A program made the position numbers and the translations under genes. This document shows positions 25,241 to 26,722 of a DNA stretch of 26,722 nt, one piece after another. Location of the stretch: IMG/VR virus record IMGVR_UViG_3300028584_001239. One strand, written 5' to 3'. The stretch's first letter is position 1. Each line of letters starts with the position of its first letter. Under the pieces are notes generated by a model that searched no databases, had not been told where the DNA came from, and saw only the letters and a program-made list of their open reading frames with translations. Origin of the DNA: a virus.

Positions 25241-25471
25241 TTAGTGTCGAACAGACAGTCCTTTTGTATGACAAATACAGGTGCAACGAACAGGTTGCCA
25301 ACGTGGCAAAGGTTTACGAGCATCATAATCAGGATCGTTAACGGTCTTGATGATGTGTTCTTTAAGATCTTGAACATCTTTGGCTTCAAGTCGTTCAATG
25401 GCTTCTTGATCAGGCGTACCATCTTCATTAATGTATTTTTCATAACAGTGAGTGCAGCAAGGCATAACCAT
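25241..25471 (-). CDS. small Cys-rich, probably Zn-binding protein
   Basis: CCTHC near the N-terminus and CTCICH near the C-terminus; AGGAG RBS. Confidence 0.75.
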   Translation of the reverse strand: MVMPCCTHCYEKYINEDGTPDQEAIERLEAKDVQDLKEHIIKTVNDPDYDARKPLPRWQPVRCTCICHTKGLSVRH

Positions 25472-25485
25472 AATAATACTCCTAT

Positions 25486-25935
25486 TTAAACGCGGGATTT
25501 AAGTTTTTGACGTTTTTCTTCGGGTGTTTCTTTTTTATTTCCACTGAAAACAATAATCACAAAGCAAAGAACAGCAATAAAAGCAGCACCGATACCAACA
25601 TATTTAGAAATCACAATCATTTCACTTGGCTGAATCTGCAATTCTTGCTCAGAAATCAACAAAGAAACTTCGAGTGGTTCTTGACCATTACTATGGAAAG
25701 CAGTAAATACATCTTTTCCAATAGGCTTAATGAGGACAACATTGCTGTCTTTAAAGGTGAATGTGCCCATATGGTTTGTTTGTTCATTCGGGTCAAAAAT
25801 GGCTTCTATAATGGTTGAATCATGATAATCGCCTTCGAAATATTTATTAGCATTTGCTGTATATGAAAACGCTGACCAAATAACAAGCATGATAGCGATA
25901 AAGAAAAATTGGTAGGTTTTCATTTTTTTTAGCAT
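25486..25935 (-). CDS. membrane protein with two hydrophobic segments
   Basis: N- and C-terminal hydrophobic segments; GAGGA RBS; promoter TTGCTT-17-TAATAT at 25969-25997. Confidence 0.8.
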   Translation of the reverse strand: MLKKMKTYQFFFIAIMLVIWSAFSYTANANKYFEGDYHDSTIIEAIFDPNEQTNHMGTFTFKDSNVVLIKPIGKDVFTAFHSNGQEPLEVSLLISEQELQIQPSEMIVISKYVGIGAAFIAVLCFVIIVFSGNKKETPEEKRQKLKSRV

Positions 25936-26008
25936 GGTGCAATATTCCTCAATGTCGATTTATTGTTCATATTAACAGATCGCACCTGCAAAAGCAACAA
26001 AATAAAGG

Positions 26009-26722
26009 CTAATTTAGGTAATCATCGAGGTTTACATCAATATCAATTGGCATATAAATCCCATTGAATTTACGAGAATTAACTAAAACATTTTCAGAAA
26101 AATAATAAAATTCTAGCGGTTCTAATGCTGAAAAATCAACAGGTTTTAATTTTTGAGTGTCGAAATATTGACAGATTTCTTTACCAGATTCATTACTAAG
26201 AATAATGACATTCTTGATATGATTAAAAATATCTGGACTAAATTCAGAATAGAGTAATGTTAAGTTTTCATTAACAATGTAATAATTAACATTATATGTA
26301 TGCAAGACTGACAAGTTAGCTATCAATTTTCTAAGTTCTTCTCCTATGTAAGTTGGAAATGAAAGTTCATTGAAATAAATATTGAATGGAAACTTTGTGG
26401 CCCCTTTATTAATATTACTGACACTTACATTAGAAATAATAGAATTAATACTTTGATAGACTTTAACAAGATTTTCTTCATTACTAGTAGTGCCTAGAAA
26501 TTCTGGATAAACAATTAATACAATTTTATTGGATTTGACATAATCATTGACAATCATTGATGATAACTCATCAGAACCATAATAGAATACATGCACATCG
26601 TCCACAATGTCAAAATGTTTAGCTACCTGAAATACATAGGTCAAAGTAGACTTGTCAGAGAGAGCTGAAAATAGTAATAATCCACTAGATTGGCTGATTG
26701 ACTGATAGATATAAGAACGTAG
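26009..26722 (-). CDS. 5'-truncated, degenerate DotL/IcmO (TraD/VirD4-like) P-loop core
   Basis: The frame stays open to the window edge, adding LRSYIYQSISQSSGLLLFSALSDKST before the track start; segments resemble DotL/IcmO post-Walker-A and Walker-B regions as I recall them. Confidence 0.55.
   Translation of the reverse strand, partial: LRSYIYQSISQSSGLLLFSALSDKSTLTYVFQVAKHFDIVDDVHVFYYGSDELSSMIVNDYVKSNKIVLIVYPEFLGTTSNEENLVKVYQSINSIISNVSVSNINKGATKFPFNIYFNELSFPTYIGEELRKLIANLSVLHTYNVNYYIVNENLTLLYSEFSPDIFNHIKNVIILSNESGKEICQYFDTQKLKPVDFSALEPLEFYYFSENVLVNSRKFNGIYMPIDIDVNLDDYLN

Noticed and set aside
25190-25489. Track ORFs 25190-25489 (+) and 25207-25443 (-)
   Set aside because: Both cross the bidirectional terminator; the frame 25241-25471 has the RBS and coherent Cys motifs.
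1-26722. tRNA, rRNA, IS elements or alternative genetic code
   Set aside because: No cloverleaf or transposase motifs seen; standard-code ORFs tile the window densely with TAA, TAG and TGA all used as stops.

Overview
AT-rich, densely coding 26.7 kb accessory region of a large bacterial mobile element. It could be a jumbo phage or a megaplasmid/phage-plasmid; no virion, replication or intact transfer genes are in the window, so the two cannot be separated. Most genes are short stand-alone cassettes with their own sigma70-type (often extended -10) promoter, RBS and frequently an intrinsic terminator. Recognisable genes: thymidine kinase, Rnl2-family RNA ligase, OmpA-domain lipoprotein, nucleoside 2-deoxyribosyltransferase-like/Nudix fusion, a cupin-like metalloprotein, and a coupled pair made of a HAM1/ITPase-like fusion and a non-canonical ThyX-fold protein. 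Three paralog expansions are present: 2 Walker-A-less MoxR-type AAA+ cores, 4 unknown proteins, and 5 tandem genes. The most striking signal is that the 5-gene array (14855-18087) carries motifs I recall from the all-alpha domain of the type IVB coupling protein DotL/IcmO, while the ORF at the right edge looks like a degenerate DotL/IcmO P-loop core with that domain deleted, suggesting a split or decoy coupling-protein system. All homology calls come from motif recognition by eye and need profile or structure searches.
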